DNA from: Malacoraja senta
Taxonomy: Eukaryota
NCBI GenBank assembly: GCA_038087875.1
Contig: JAXLNO010000318.1
Coordinates: 1-60,957, forward strand
Length of the DNA stretch: 60,957 bases
Direction of reading: 5' to 3'
Program-made: the position numbers and the translations under genes
Notes under the pieces: model-generated
What the model was told of the DNA's origin: nothing
Seen by the model: the letters and a program-made list of their open reading frames with translations, nothing else
The model's database searches: none
Shown: piece after piece, positions 1 through 12,128 of the stretch
How the letters are laid out: the number at the start of each line of letters is the position of its first letter
Position numbering within the stretch: the first letter of the stretch is position 1

Positions 1-553
1 TCTTCGGTCTAAACCAGCATCTGCAGTTCCTTCTTACACAAAATGTCCTGCCTCCCCCTGTTCCCTTTCCCTGCATCTTATTTTTATGCCCGTCGCTGAC
101 CGAAACATTAACACTGTTTCTCCCTCCATTGCTGCAATCGCTTGTGGAGCTGGCATTTCCTGTTTTTATTTATCCAATATTTCGCATCACATTGCGTTTG
201 ATGTTCACAAGAAACATCAAAGGCGCCGCCTCGCTTGAAACCAACTCACATAAGCAGTCAAATCTTCCTGGAAAAATAGCAGCAAATTAGCACCACGAAC
301 ACACAATGTCTAATAAGCAAATTGCCCGGGATTTAAGACATACACCATGAGCTGCAAATCTTCATAATATGCAGGTCGATTTATGTTCTCCTGCCACCAG
401 CCTTGCCCAAGCAGCGTATCACCTTTCCCTTCTGGTTATATTTAAGGCGTTGCTGGATTTGCACATTAATTGCTCATTAACTTCACTGCAGAAAGTTAAG
501 GCTCAACATGTACAGCATGGAAGCCCACGTATGATGACATTGTTAATAATGTG

Positions 554-1587
554 GGAGGAGCCATCTTGAGGAACGGCTGCAAAACAGCAGCCGTCCGTTA
601 ATTGTACTTTTTTACTAAGTTTATTACTTTTCTTTAAGTCTTTGTTTTTATTTATTCTGCCTTTAATGTGGGGGGAACAAGGGGAAATCACTTCCCGGTC
701 CCTACCTGGTCGGTGAGGCAGCCTTCTCTCCGGCTGCCCATTCGACCCGTCCTCGCGGCCTACCAGCGGGCGTGGAGCGGCGTGGAGCGGCGTTCCTGGC
801 GGGAACCGCACAGCACCCTCAGCTTCGGTGGCGGCACGGCGCTGGAGCGCTACTGTGCAGCGGAGCGGGCGATGCCTTGCCTGGGTCGCCGCGCTGGACC
901 GACGCGCTGGAGCTCCGGTGAGCTGGACCGCCGAGCTCAACACCTCCGGGACTGGAGCGACCATCCGCGGGCGGCGGCGCCGACTCCAACACCGGGAGCC
1001 TTGAGCTCCAAATCGGCGCGGGCCTTGTCGGCTTCAGGTGCTGCGGACGCCTGCGGGAAATCGGCCGTTCCAGCCGTAGTTGCGGCCTCCGGTGAGGGAT
1101 GCGGCCGTTCCAGGTGGCCCAGCTGCTGGAGGACTCCTCCCGACGCCGGGGCTACATCACCCGGCGAGAACGGCCAGGATCATCGGGCCTTCGTAGAGGC
1201 AATAGCGGGGGCTTCATTTGGCCTGACTTTTCTGGGTGAACTGGGGCTGGGGACTGGACATTGTGCCTTCCCCCACAGTGGAAATCATTGTGGGGGATGA
1301 TTTTTGTATGTAATTGTTTGTAATTGTATTTGTTAGTCTGTGTTCAAGATGGCGGTCGGAGGGGAGAGTGGACGCTGGCGTTAAATTGCCGCTGCTCTCT
1401 CCTCAAATTGTGCTTCTGGTTTTCTTTTTTTGTGTTTTTGGAAGGAATTCTGTCCCTGATTTATGTATTGGTCTTTATAACCTATTTTTTTAAAACTCTG
1501 ATTATATGTTTTCTATAAATCTCTGTATGGTGTCCTTGAGACCTCGGTATAAGGCGCCCGTAAATAAAATCCATTATTATTATTATT
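554..1587 (+). mobile_element. Complete GC-rich non-autonomous retroposon with L2-like 3' tail (copy A)
   Basis: Flanked by an 8-bp direct repeat ATAATGTG (546-553, 1588-1595). Ends in AATAAA plus an (ATT)n tail. CpG-rich core is homologous to 12129-12820. 5' hairpin ACGGCTGC/GCAGCCGT at 573-594. Confidence 0.8.
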
Positions 1588-1837
1588 ATAATGTGAAGGC
1601 AGCTTAATGGAGATAATGATGGATTAGGTGATGGTCAGTCCAGCGTCCAACAATACCTACGTACACTGCATGGGTGTTGGAACCCCTTTGCTGTGTCTCA
1701 CTCAACAAAGAGAGCAAGTGCCAGTGCTTGGACTGGGAGTGTTATCGAGTCACAGGGTCATACGGCAGGGAAACAGTCCCGTTATCCACTCCATGCATTC
1801 CGACCAAGATATTCCATCTAAACTAGTCAGGACAAAT

Positions 1838-2015
1838 TCATAAGGTCACAGGAATAGGAGTAGAATTAGGCCATTCAGCCCATCAAGTCTACTCCACCAT
1901 TCAATCATGGCTGATCTTTCTCTTTCTCCTAATCCCTTCTCCTGCCTTCTCCCCATAGCCTCTGACACCTGTACTAATCAAGAATCTATCTATCTCTGCC
2001 TAAAAAATATCTACT
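1838..2015 (-). mobile_element. CR1 LINE 3' end fragment
   Basis: Reverse complement matches the CR1 3' end seen at 25050-25242 (ggccattc..ccc, ttcaatcatggctgatc). Confidence 0.75.
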
Positions 2016-2845
2016 GAAATTCTGGATAGGCAGCGTGTCTTTGTGCATGAGAAATTATGTCTCCAAGATCCAACAGATTTATGAGGATGTAATTAAGAGG
2101 ATTGATGAGGACAGGGCAATAGAGATTGTCTACATGGACTCTACCAAGGCCTCATAATGTACTGCATGGTAGGTAGCTTCAGAAGGTGAGATTGTGTGGG
2201 ATCCAGGGAGAGATAGCCAATAGTATGCATAATTAGTTTCATGCAAGGAAACAGAAGGTTTTGGTGGAAGGTTGTTTTTCAGATTGGAGGCAACATAGTG
2301 TGCCATTGGGATTAATGATGGGGCCATTGAAGCTCATAATTTATATAAAGGATTTAGATGAGAATGTAAAAATGCAAAGAAATGTCTGATGGATCTTAAC
2401 TCAAACAAGTGCTGTGATGCATTTTGGAAGTTAAACAAGTCCAAGGCATACACAGTAAATGGGGAGTGGTATTGAACAGCAAGACCTTAAGATACAAGGT
2501 CATAGCTTGCTACAAATGGGAACACAGATAGACAGGCTGGTGAGAAAGGCATATGGCATGCATGCTTTCATTAGCCAAGGCATTGAGTGTAGGAGCTGGG
2601 ATGTCATATAACAGTCGTACAAATCGTTGTACATTATTCACGCTATTCACATTATTCCCTTTATCGTGTATCTGTACACTGTGGATGGCTGGATTATAAT
2701 AATGTATTGTCTTTCTGCTGACTGGTTAGCATGCAACAAAAGCTTTTTCACTGTACCTCGGTATAAGTTATAATAACTAAACTAAACTGAACTAAACTAA
2801 ATTAAGCTACATCCTTGGTTGGACCACACTTGGATTATTGTGTGC
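2016..2845 (+). mobile_element. Old degenerate CR1 RT fragment, interrupted by a Rex-type 3' tail (~2630-2800)
   Basis: Decayed similarity to the CR1 RT region (gtctacatggact, ttcattagccaaggcattgag, ccacacttggattattgtgt). The internal insert ends in (AACTA)n. Confidence 0.6.
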
Positions 2846-3175
2846 CATTCGGCCCCATCAAGTCTACTCTGCCATTCAATCATGGCTGATCTATCTCTCT
2901 ATCCTAACCCCATTCTCCTGTCTTCTCCCCGTAAACTCGGACACCTGTACTATTCAAAAATCTATCTATCTCTGCCTTAAAAATATCCACTGACTTGGCC
3001 TCCACAGCCTTCGGAGGCAAAGAATTCCACAGATTCGCCATCCTCCAACTAAATACATTTCTCCTTATCTCCTTCCAAGAAGAATGTCCTTTAATTCTGA
3101 GGTTATGGCCTCTAGTCCTAGACTCTCCCACTGTGAAAACATCCTCGCCGCATCCACTCTATCCAAGCCTCTCAC
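2846..3175 (-). mobile_element. CR1 LINE 3' fragment
   Basis: ORF 2904-3131(-) GESRTRGHNLRIKG..NLWNSLP..FKAEID is the CR1 ORF2 C-terminus. Confidence 0.85.
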
Positions 3176-3295
3176 CTTACATCTCTGGCCTATATTAAAT
3201 ATTTCACAATTCCACCAAGGGAGAAAGTCCCTATTTAACCTTAACAATGTCTCCCACACCTTTATAATTTTATATCCTTCTATTACTTGTATTTG

Positions 3296-3929
3296 AGAAA
3301 CATAGAAACATAGAAATTAGGTGCAGGAGTAGGCCATTCGGCCTTCGAGCCTGCACCGCCATTCAATATGATCATGGCTGATCATCCAACTCAGTATCCC
3401 GTACCTGCCTTCTCTCCATACCCTCTGATCCCTTTAGCCACAAGGGCCACATCCAGCTCCCTCTTAAATATAGCAATGAACTGGCCTCGACTACCTCTGT
3501 GGCAGAGAGTTCCAGAGAGTTCCAGAGATTCACCACTCTCTGTGCGAAAAAAGTTCTTCTCATCTCGGTTTTAAAGGATTTCCCCTTATCCTTAAGCTGT
3601 GACCCTTGTCCTGGACTTCCCCAACATCGGGAGCAATCTTCCTGCATCTAGCCTGTCCAACCCCTTAAGAATTTTATAAGTTTCTATAAGATCCCCTCTC
3701 ATCTCCTAAATTCTAGAGAGTATAAACCAAGTCTATCCAGTCTTTCTTCATAAGACAGTCCTGACATCCCAGGAATCAGTCTGGTGAACCTTCTCTGCAC
3801 TCCCTCTATGGCAATAATATCCTTCCTCAGATTTGGAGACCAAAACTGTATGCAATACTCCAGGTGTGGTCTCACCAAGACCCTGTACAACTGCAGTAGA
3901 ACCTCCCTGCTCCTATACTCAAATCCTTT
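3296..3929 (-). mobile_element. CR1 LINE, 5'-truncated
   Basis: ORFs read YRVLVRPHLEYCIQFWSP and RVVNLWNSL. Octamer tail (CATAGAAA)n on the + strand. Confidence 0.9.
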
Positions 3930-4692
3930 TGTTGACTCATCGTTCCTGTATCCCTACTCTAGAAAGTATCACCAAAGACGAGGTCACTATTTACCTCAGG
4001 AACTGTGGACCAAATTGCCGGGGCTGTTAGTAAATTACATTTGACAGTCGTAATCCTGCTGCCTATTCGGAGAAATAATTGAAAATGATCAATTGTTAAT
4101 TAGATTAACGGTAGCCAGATGGCTCTAACCATAATATCGGTAATATGAAAAGTGCTATATTAGTTATTGATTTATAATCACCTTATGGTATACAATTACA
4201 TTCACAAACAACTTCCACTTCCTCCCACAAACAATACGGGAGGTAATATGGATGGAGCTATTCATCTTTTTTTGTACATTCAATTAATGAATTAATGTGG
4301 TTGTTCTTCATTCTGGCTGCAATGAAGAGGACCTTGACGATTTTATAATTGGAAGGGAGCAAGGACAGATCGATTGCTGTGTGTAATGAGCATCCGCAGA
4401 GATTGTTTGCAGACGTCCTTGGTTTCAGACGCAGTCAGGAGTAACTCCAGCCCGTCCCCTCCTCCAGCTGTTAATGTTCTGTTTAAATGAAGTCGTGTTG
4501 TCTGCTGAGAAAGCTCATGGTGCATAAAATTCGACATCAATGGTAACAGAATCTCTCAGCGCTTGGGTATCCTGTTTCATCTTTTTAAGTACTTGTATGT
4601 TATTAATGTCATTATCGGTGAAGCAGCGATCTTCCTGTTAATGAGATATGAAAATGTGAACAGAAACTGCACTTGCAGGAAATCGGTTGGTG

Positions 4693-4837
4693 GGTCTCAG
4701 ATCTGGGGGCATTAACACATGGGGCATTAACAGGTCTCAGATCTGGGGGCATTAACACATGGGGCATTAACAGGTCTCAGACCTGGGGGCATTAACACAT
4801 GGGGCATTAACAGGTCTCAGACCTGGGCCATTAACAG
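4693..4837. repeat. 40-bp minisatellite, about 3.6 copies
   Basis: Unit GGTCTCAGA(T/C)CTGGGGGCATTAACACATGGGGCATTAACA starts at 4693, 4733, 4773 and 4813. Confidence 0.95.
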
Positions 4838-4849
4838 TGTCACATTAAC

Positions 4850-5200
4850 AGCCCACCTTGCCTGCACCGACCAACATGCCCCATCTATAGTCCCGCCCTA
4901 TGTTTTTGCCCATATCCCTCTAACTTGTCCCTATCCAAGGACCTGTCCTAAATGTTTCTTAAACGTTGCGATAGTATCAGCCTCAAACTACCTCCTCCGG
5001 CAGCTCGTTCCATGCACTCACCATCATTTGTATGAAAAAGTTACCCCTCAGGTTCGTAATAATCCTTCCCCTCCACACCTTAAGCCCAGGACCTCCATTT
5101 GTCAATTCCCCCTCTCTGGGCAAGAGACTCTGTGCATCTAACCGATCTATTCTCTCATGATTTTGTACACCTGTATAAGATCACCCCTCATCCTCTGCGC
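4850..5200 (-). mobile_element. Degenerate CR1 3' fragment
   Basis: Reverse complement resembles the CR1 3' end at 17515-17908. Confidence 0.7.
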
Positions 5201-5278
5201 ACCAAAATCTCTCTATGACTGTGACTTTCACATCACCATTTACTCTCACAGAAAGTGAGTTAGCAGAAAATGTATCTT

Positions 5279-6004
5279 GAATGTAGATAGGTGATAAAGA
5301 AAGCTTTTGGGGTGCTGGCCTTTATAAATCAGAGCATTGAATATAGAAGTTGGGATGTAATGTTAAAATTGTACAAGGCATTGGTGAGGCCAATTCTGGA
5401 GTATGGAGTACAATTTTGGTCGCCTAATTATAGGAAGGATGTCAACAAAATAGAGAGAGTACAGAGGAGATTTATTCGAATGTTGCCTGGGTTTCAGCAA
5501 CTAAGTTACAGAGAAAGGTTGAACAAGTTAGGTCTTTATTCTTTGGAGCGCAGAAGGTTAAGAGGGGGACTTGATAGAGGTCTTTAAAATTATGAGCGGG
5601 TTAGACCGAGTGGACGTGGATAAGCTTTTCCCATTGAGAGTAGGGAAGATTCAAACAAGGGACATGACTTGAGAATTAAGGGACAGAAGTTTTGGGGGAA
5701 CATTAGGGGGGAACTTCTTTACTGAGAGAGTGGTAGCTGTGTGGAATGAGCTTCCAGTGGAAGTGGTGGAGGCAGGTTCGATGTTATCCTTTAAAAATAG
5801 ATTGGATGGGTATATGGACGGGAAAGGAATGGAGGGTTATGGTCTGAGTGAGGTAGATGGGACTAGGGGGAAGTATTTATTTTTTAAAAAAAATAATAAT
5901 AATAATAATGATAATAATAATGTTTGGCACGGGGCTTGAAGGGCCGAGATGGCCTGTTTCCGTGCTGTAAAGGTTATATGGTTATATGGTTATATGGTTA
6001 TATG
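5279..6004 (+). mobile_element. CR1 LINE, 5'-truncated
   Basis: ORF 5291-5587 KKAFGVLAFI..LVRPILEYGVQFWSP. (GGTTATAT)n tail. Near-identical to the 3' part of 33797-35272. Confidence 0.9.
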
Positions 6005-6229
6005 AATGGCTTTGACTGCTTTTGATGGCGATGCTGGTGGAGTTTATTTGCCTTGCTGGGTCCTGGTCCAGGATGATGGTTTGTTTCACAGATCTGTGTA
6101 ACCCACTCTCGTGTCACTGTGACAAGCATTTGTAACTTTGCATTCAATCTACCTCACCCAATGCCCGACATGTTTAGAGAAACAATACCATAACTGGTGC
6201 AAATAACACATCCTCAGCATGATGTGAAA

Positions 6230-7175
6230 ACCCTGGATTCACAGTGCATAATGCTGGAGTGATTTCTGCGCGTCAGGTAGCATCCGTGGAGGGAATGAAA
6301 AGTCAACACTTCAGGTCGGGACCCTTCTTCAGACTGAAGGAGTAGGGGTTGTGCCCTAACTCCTCTCTTGGTGCTCTGTCCACCAAGACCTGCTGGAGGT
6401 CCTGGTTTGCGAAACATTCTCATTCCCACAACTCCCCTTCTCATTCCCATACCGACGTTTCTATCCTTGACCTCCTCCATTGCCAGAGTGAGGCCTCACG
6501 CAGACTGGAAGAACAGCACTTATTCAATATTCCACCTGGGTAGCTTACAACCCAATAGGATGAACACTAAATTCTTCAATAAGAAGTAATATCTCACCTT
6601 TTGCTTTATTTGCCTTTGCCTTGCCCCCATCATCTTGCGTGCATTTCTCCCAGCTTCTCCTAACACCCCCTCCCCCCCCACCCAGATACCCTACTCCTTT
6701 CCCTCTCTGTACATTCATCTCCCATTCCCAAGTCCCATATTTCCCTGTTATCCCTCCCCCCTTTCCACTGTCTACTTCCATGTAGATCTATCCCTCTGGT
6801 TTTAGATTTCCCTCTCTCCTTATCTGACATCCTTTTGGCACCTTCACTCCTCATCTCTAGCCTTTGGTGGAAGGGGAGGGCGAGGGGAGCAATTCCAGGT
6901 GGGACTCGGGAGAGAGAGGGGGAAAAATAAAGGGTTTGGGAGGGGAGGGTGGGGGGAGAAGGAGGGTAAGGGGGATGGTAGTTACATAACATTGGACAAT
7001 TCGATGTTCAGACCTTTGGGTTGTAAGCAGAATATGGGGTGCTGTTCCTCCAGTTTTCCTCACCTTCCTGGGTTTCTCCCCACTATTCCAACCGTCTGAT
7101 GATAGGATCCCGGCCCAAAACCACCATCTGTCCATTCACTCCATAGAATCTGCCAGACTTGCTGAGTTCCCCCTC
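6230..7175. mobile_element. Rearranged Penelope-like remnant (inverted pseudo-LTR plus endonuclease-end fragments)
   Basis: ORF 6349-6543 ..SILDLLHCQSEASRRLEEQHL.. matches the C-terminus at 43930-44040. pLTR motif on the - strand at 6305-6337 and a degenerate + strand copy near 7095-7170. Confidence 0.65.
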
Positions 7176-7327
7176 TTGAAAGAAGCTGCATACATCGGTC
7201 TCCATGAAAATAATCTGACTGTAGAGGCAGGAAATCTGAAATTAAAACAAGACAATGTCTGTTGATCTTGGATTGCTCTGAATTGTGATGGTGAAATTCC
7301 AATTGGAATCCACATAGGATGAGGTGA

Positions 7328-7636
7328 CGAGCAACACCGGAAATTGGAGGAACAGCACCTCGTATTCCGCTTGGGGAGTCTGCATCCTGGGGGCATGAAC
7401 ATTGAATTCTCCCAATTCTCCCTATTCTGCTAGCCCTTGCTGTCTCCTCCCCTTCCTCAGCCCTCCGGCTGTCTCCTCCCATCCCTCAGCCCTCGGGCTC
7501 CTCCATCCGCCTTTTTCCTTTCTTCCCCACCCCCCCATCAGTCTGAAGAAGGGTTTCGGCCCGAAACGTTGCCTATTTCCTTCGCTCCATAGATGCTGCT
7601 GCACCCGCTGAGTTTCTCCAGCATTTTTTGTGTACC
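7328..7636 (+). mobile_element. Short Penelope-like insertion (ORF C-terminus plus pLTR with hammerhead-like core)
   Basis: 13-bp TSD TAGGATGAGGTGA at 7315-7327 and 7637-7649. Encodes RKLEEQHLVFRLGSLHPGGMNIEF. CTGAAGA..GAAAC core at 7543-7570. Confidence 0.88.
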
Positions 7637-8282
7637 TAGGATGAGGTGAAGGCAGACGGCATTTGCAAATGAAAGAGCTGTGATTATGGAAGCAGGTTTT
7701 AGTTAACACCCTGTTGAAGTAACACCGAAGATGAATCAGTTGTATTTTGTGAATTTGACACTTGGCTGATTCATCACCCTGGTGACATTTTACTTCAGCT
7801 TAAAGATGTGCATTTCATTTCTCCGTGGAACGTGTGAGGCAAATAATGAAACAACCGCTGATGTCTGTTTGAAATCGCATCCACTGAATTGCTGTCAGTT
7901 TAACTTTTACTGCTTTTCACTCGTTGGGTGAGCGGGAACAGTCTGGTGATGCATGATACACACAGTAACGAGGTGTTGACTTACCACAATGACATCTACG
8001 TCCCTAGCCAGCTCTAAACCTACTTGATTTTAAAATGTTTCCCGGATAACTGAAGTGGAAACAAACGCTATTCTGCTTAAAATTAAAAATTAAATTACAG
8101 ATCTGAAATGTGAAATAAAAGAGAAAAAGGTGCAGGTGAAGCAACATTTGTGGAAAGAAAGAGTTAATGGTGCGTCTGCACAATGTTTTGGCACATTCTG
8201 TTGAATTGTTCTGTTTTACTGTTGAACTGTCCTGTGGCAATTCCTTGCTTTCTCTCTGACAATCCAGGAAGGAATGTGAAAT

Positions 8283-8415
8283 AGATACAAAGTGCTGGGG
8301 TGACTCAGCTGGTCAGGCAGCATCACTGGAGAAAAAGGATGGATTGACCCTTCTTTAGACTCAGGATTCTGATGAAGAGTCCCGACCGGAAATGTCACCC
8401 ATCCTATATCTCTAA
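8283..8415. mobile_element. Penelope pLTR fold-back remnant
   Basis: An inverted pLTR arm is followed by a + strand arm with CTGATGA..GAAATGTC. The rest of the pLTR appears near 9160-9215. Confidence 0.6.
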
Positions 8416-8477
8416 GGACTGTCCAGAAGCCTGATAGCAGAAGGGAAAAAGCAGTTCCTGAGTCTCTGGTAAGAAGA

Positions 8478-8784
8478 GGCCGACTCGGGAGCTGCATGCC
8501 GCGGAGAGAGTTTCAACCGCCCCGACGCGGAGTTTTCCATCACCCCGACGGGGGCTTCGATCGTCGGCTGTGGGGGCTTTGATCGGGAGAACAAGAGAGA
8601 AGATTGAACTTTATTGCCTTCCATCACAGTGAGGAATGTGGAATCCACTGTGATGGATGTTTATGTTCACTTTTATATGGTTGTGTGTCTTGTTGCTTTT
8701 CACTTAGTATGGCTGTATGGTAACTCAAATTTCACTGTACCTTAATGAGTACATGTGACAATAAACTGACCTTGATACCTTGAC
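8478..8784 (+). mobile_element. GC-rich non-autonomous retroposon with Rex1-like tail (copy C)
   Basis: CpG-rich 5' part. Hairpin CCATCACAGTG/CACTGTGATGG at 8621-8656. Tail aatttcactgtacc..gtgacaataaa resembles the Rex1 tail at 37870-37905. Confidence 0.65.
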
Positions 8785-10309
8785 ACTTTCATACTTCTAC
8801 CCCTTCTGCCAGATGGGAGCAGGGATCAGAAGGAATGATAGGGATGGAACAAGTCTTTATTATGTTCTCATCTCACCTCATCTCTCTCCCCTGTGCCTCA
8901 TTTGGACTTGCATCTGTTGCTCCCCCCCCTTTCCACCTACATTCCTTCCTCTAGCTTCACAATTTGCAACTCTTCATCCTTTTGTCTCACACTTTCAGTC
9001 CTTTCATCTCTGGTCTTCGTCCGACCATCATCTGCCTGCCAAAAAAGGATCCCTGACCTCCATCAACCTATTACCTCCCAGGCATGGTGCTGCCCCTCTC
9101 TCCCAGCTTTCTTCAAATCCCCTCCCCCCTCTGCCCCTCTCCCCCATAATCTCCAACACTTGTTACTCCAACACTTTGTGTCTTTTTTTGAAGGCATCGT
9201 CTACAGTTCCTTGTTTCTAGCGGAGAAAGGAGATAGGGCTCTGAATTTTGAGTTGACATCCTGCAGAATGCACAAATCCAAACTTTGCCCATGGTGGCCT
9301 CACAACTAAACCCGTTATGGGAGCTTTTTTTCCTCATTTGTTCAACATAATGCCCATACTCCCGTGAGGCTTGAAACTGACATAAGCATTTCAGTACTTC
9401 CTTGCCTTTGGGAGGAGAAGGAAGCACATCAATCCACATGAGATGTGGCTCAAAAACACCATAGAGAATAACCAGCCGTGAAAAGGCTATTTTCAACCGT
9501 GTCTTTGAGAAGCCAAGTAAGCAGGACAGGCTATCAAAGCTTCTGGCTGCACTCAGAAACCCATATCTTCGTCTTCTCTTCACCGATATTGAAATTGGAC
9601 TGTTTGCTTAATAGCGAACCAAAGCACATTTAAAATGTTGCCTTTCTTTCTGCGCACTTTGTTCAGTTTTCTTATGAGAAATTGGCTCAGGACTGAATTT
9701 CAAAGCCAAATTGTTGTTTCAATAAGATGGATGAAGCCAGCTTAACGTGGACATTCACTTGAAATAGGATTCATTGATACAAGCAAGTCATTTTTTCGAT
9801 GTATTAAGGGGGAAGGACCGTACAAGTTGCACACTAATTTTTCCTTTGCCTGAGAATGACTACATTCGACCTATTTGAGTTTGATTAATGTATAATGGTA
9901 CAAATATTTCATACAATTCTAAATGATGACACGTTTAATATATATCTAATTTATTTTTAACCTATAATGCAGTATAAATTGATTTGCAATGAATCTGCTG
10001 TAATTGATTTATTATTCAATCATTTCAAACTAAACTATGAACTGAGATGACACACATGTGAATTATGTGGGAAAATATCTTGCATCCCAGAGCAATTATA
10101 AATCACCAGGTGCAACAAAATTAGGAAAACGTATCACAACAAACTGCCATAGATGTTGAAAATCTCAGAAAATGCTGGAATTGCCTTTGGCCATGCAGCA
10201 TCTGTAAGGAGGAAATTAGATTTAAGGTTTTCATGGAAACAGAAAATACCTGAGGGATTCGTGCAAGTGTAGAGGCTGTGAGAAAGGGAAAGTAGATTAT
10301 AATGGATGA

Positions 10310-10640
10310 AAAGTTTACAGGTTACAGTTTAATTCATTGTCATTTGTATCAATGTATAGTGAAAAGCTTTTGTTGCGTGCTATCCAGTCAGCAGAAAGAC
10401 AATACATGATTACAATCAAGCCATTTACAATATACAGATACACGATAAGGGCGTTTAGTGCAAGGTAAAGCCAGCAAAGTCCAATCAAAGGTAGTCCGAG
10501 GCTGACCAAAACAGTAGATAGTAGTTCAGCACTGCTGTCTAGTAGTGGTAGGATGATTCAGTAGCCTGATAACAGCTGTGAAGAAACTGTCCCTGAATCT
10601 GGAATCTGGAGGTGTGCGTTTTCCCACTTCTATAGATCTG
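10310..10640 (-). mobile_element. Rex1/Babar-type LINE 3' end
   Basis: ORF 10526-10708(-) SRFRDSFFTAVIRLLN matches the Rex1 C-terminus at 37670-37725. Confidence 0.75.
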
Positions 10641-10966
10641 AAGATGGATAGCAAATCGTAATGATTGAAGAATAACAGTAGTATCAGTGATACCATAAAA
10701 ACATTCAAACAAAGGTGTAATCTGCAACTACTGTATCATCTATATTACTAAAGGTCTGATCTTGACCGCTTTTGACTCACTGTGCTGTGATTTCCGAGAG
10801 AACGCCGCCACCTACGGCCGTCATTTTAGGCCACCTCGCTCAGAGCCCCCCTCCGCATTCCTGGACTGGAGGATTTTCCCATCGATGAAAAATCAGAGAG
10901 ATATTAATGGGTTTTTTTAAATCGTCATTCTCTCTGCTGCCCTCGCTGGCAACAGGGGGGAGCGAC

Positions 10967-10998
10967 TATAAACCCGGAAGTGTCGTGCCTCACTCAGT
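10967..10998 (+). promoter_or_regulatory. TATA-ETS-initiator core-promoter-like motif in the Helitron 5' region
   Basis: TATAAA at 10967, CCGGAAGT at 10974-10981 and TCAGT at 10994-10998 (29 nt from TATA to the Inr A). Same arrangement at 30869-30903. Motif evidence only. Confidence 0.45.
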
Positions 10999-11098
10999 CT
11001 CTGCCAGACCCAGGAAGCGAGACGGTCACGGCTCTCTGAGCTGCAAATAACACTGAACGCACATCTACTCCATGGGGAGTCCCCTCGATGTGGCTGTA

Positions 11099-11627
11099 AA
11101 GTGGCTGCTGCCAAATTGTTTGCCTCGCCTTTTTTTTAAAGTTTGTTTTCAAAAAATGAATTTTGGTTGTCAAGTGGCTGCTGCCAAATTGTTTGCCTTG
11201 CCTTTTAAAAAGTTTGTGTTCACAAAATGAATTTTGGTTGTCAAGTGGCTGCTGCCAAATTGTTTGCCTCACCTTTTAAAAAGTTTGTGTTCACAAAATG
11301 AATTTTGGTTGTCAAGTGGCGGCTGCCAAATTATTTGCCTCGCCTTTTAAAAAGTTTGTGTTCACAAAATGAATTTTGGTTGTCAAGTGGCTGCAGCCAA
11401 ATTGTATGCCTCACCTTTTAAAATGTTTGGGTTCACAAAATGAATTTTGGTTGTCAAGTGGCTGCTGCCAAATTGTTTGCCTCGCCTTTTTAAAAAGTTT
11501 GTGTTCACAAAATGAATTTTGGTTGTCAAGTGGCTGCTGCCAAATTGTTTGCCTCGCCTTTTTAAAAAGTTTGTGTTCACAAAATGAATTTTGGTTGTCA
11601 AGTGGCTGCTGCCAAATTGTTTGCCTT
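11099..11627. repeat. 71-73-bp tandem array inside Helitron, about 7.4 copies
   Basis: Unit AAGTGGCTGCTGCCAAATTGTTTGCCTCGCCTTTTAAAAAGTTTGTGTTCACAAAATGAATTTTGGTTGTC, contiguous with no spacers. Confidence 0.95.
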
Positions 11628-12128
11628 GGCTTGGTTTTTAAAATTGTTCCAACAGTTTTCGGAAGGATAAAGCGTGAATAAACATTTTATTAGATCAGGA
11701 CTGTGTTTAATTGCAAAATTGGCGCTCATTCCGTGACTTCCGCTTAGTGGTAAGATGGCGCTGATGACGTCATTTCCAGTTAGCGTCAAGATGGCACTGA
11801 CTGCGTCATTTCAGGTTCGTGGCAAGATGGCGCTGACTGCAGAAGGCAAGTGAAGACGTCGTTGAATAATTCAAGAGAGCTTACTGCTCTGTCTATGGTG
11901 AGTGTGTTTGTTGGACGTTATTTAAAGCACATTTTTTCTTCACCAGCAGCCGCCTCTACAGGAGGCTTTAAACGTTTGAATCATTCGGTTTACACACTGT
12001 ATGTTCACCACGTTCTGAAGTTACTTGGCATTTTAGTATTGGTTGTTAGTCTGTGTGTGAGTCTGTGTGAGTGAGTCTGTCTGTGTGTGTGAGTGTGTGT
12101 GTGTGTGTATATGTGTGTGTGTGAGAGT

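Noticed and set aside
668..1300. 210-aa ORF and overlapping ORFs in GC-rich elements (also 12033-12649, 19354-19839, 16105-16607)
   Set aside because: Open frames on both strands reflect high GC. Frames are not preserved between copies A and B and no domain is recognisable.
9113..9583. 156-aa minus-strand ORF in mostly unique DNA
   Set aside because: No recognisable domain, a non-ATG start, and the 3' part runs into a Penelope pLTR remnant. A small host exon cannot be excluded without RNA data.
11099..11627. Regularly spaced repeats resembling a CRISPR array (also 31546-32051, 14357-14680, 4693-4837)
   Set aside because: Units are contiguous with no unique spacers, there are no cas genes, and the context is eukaryotic. 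These are minisatellites.
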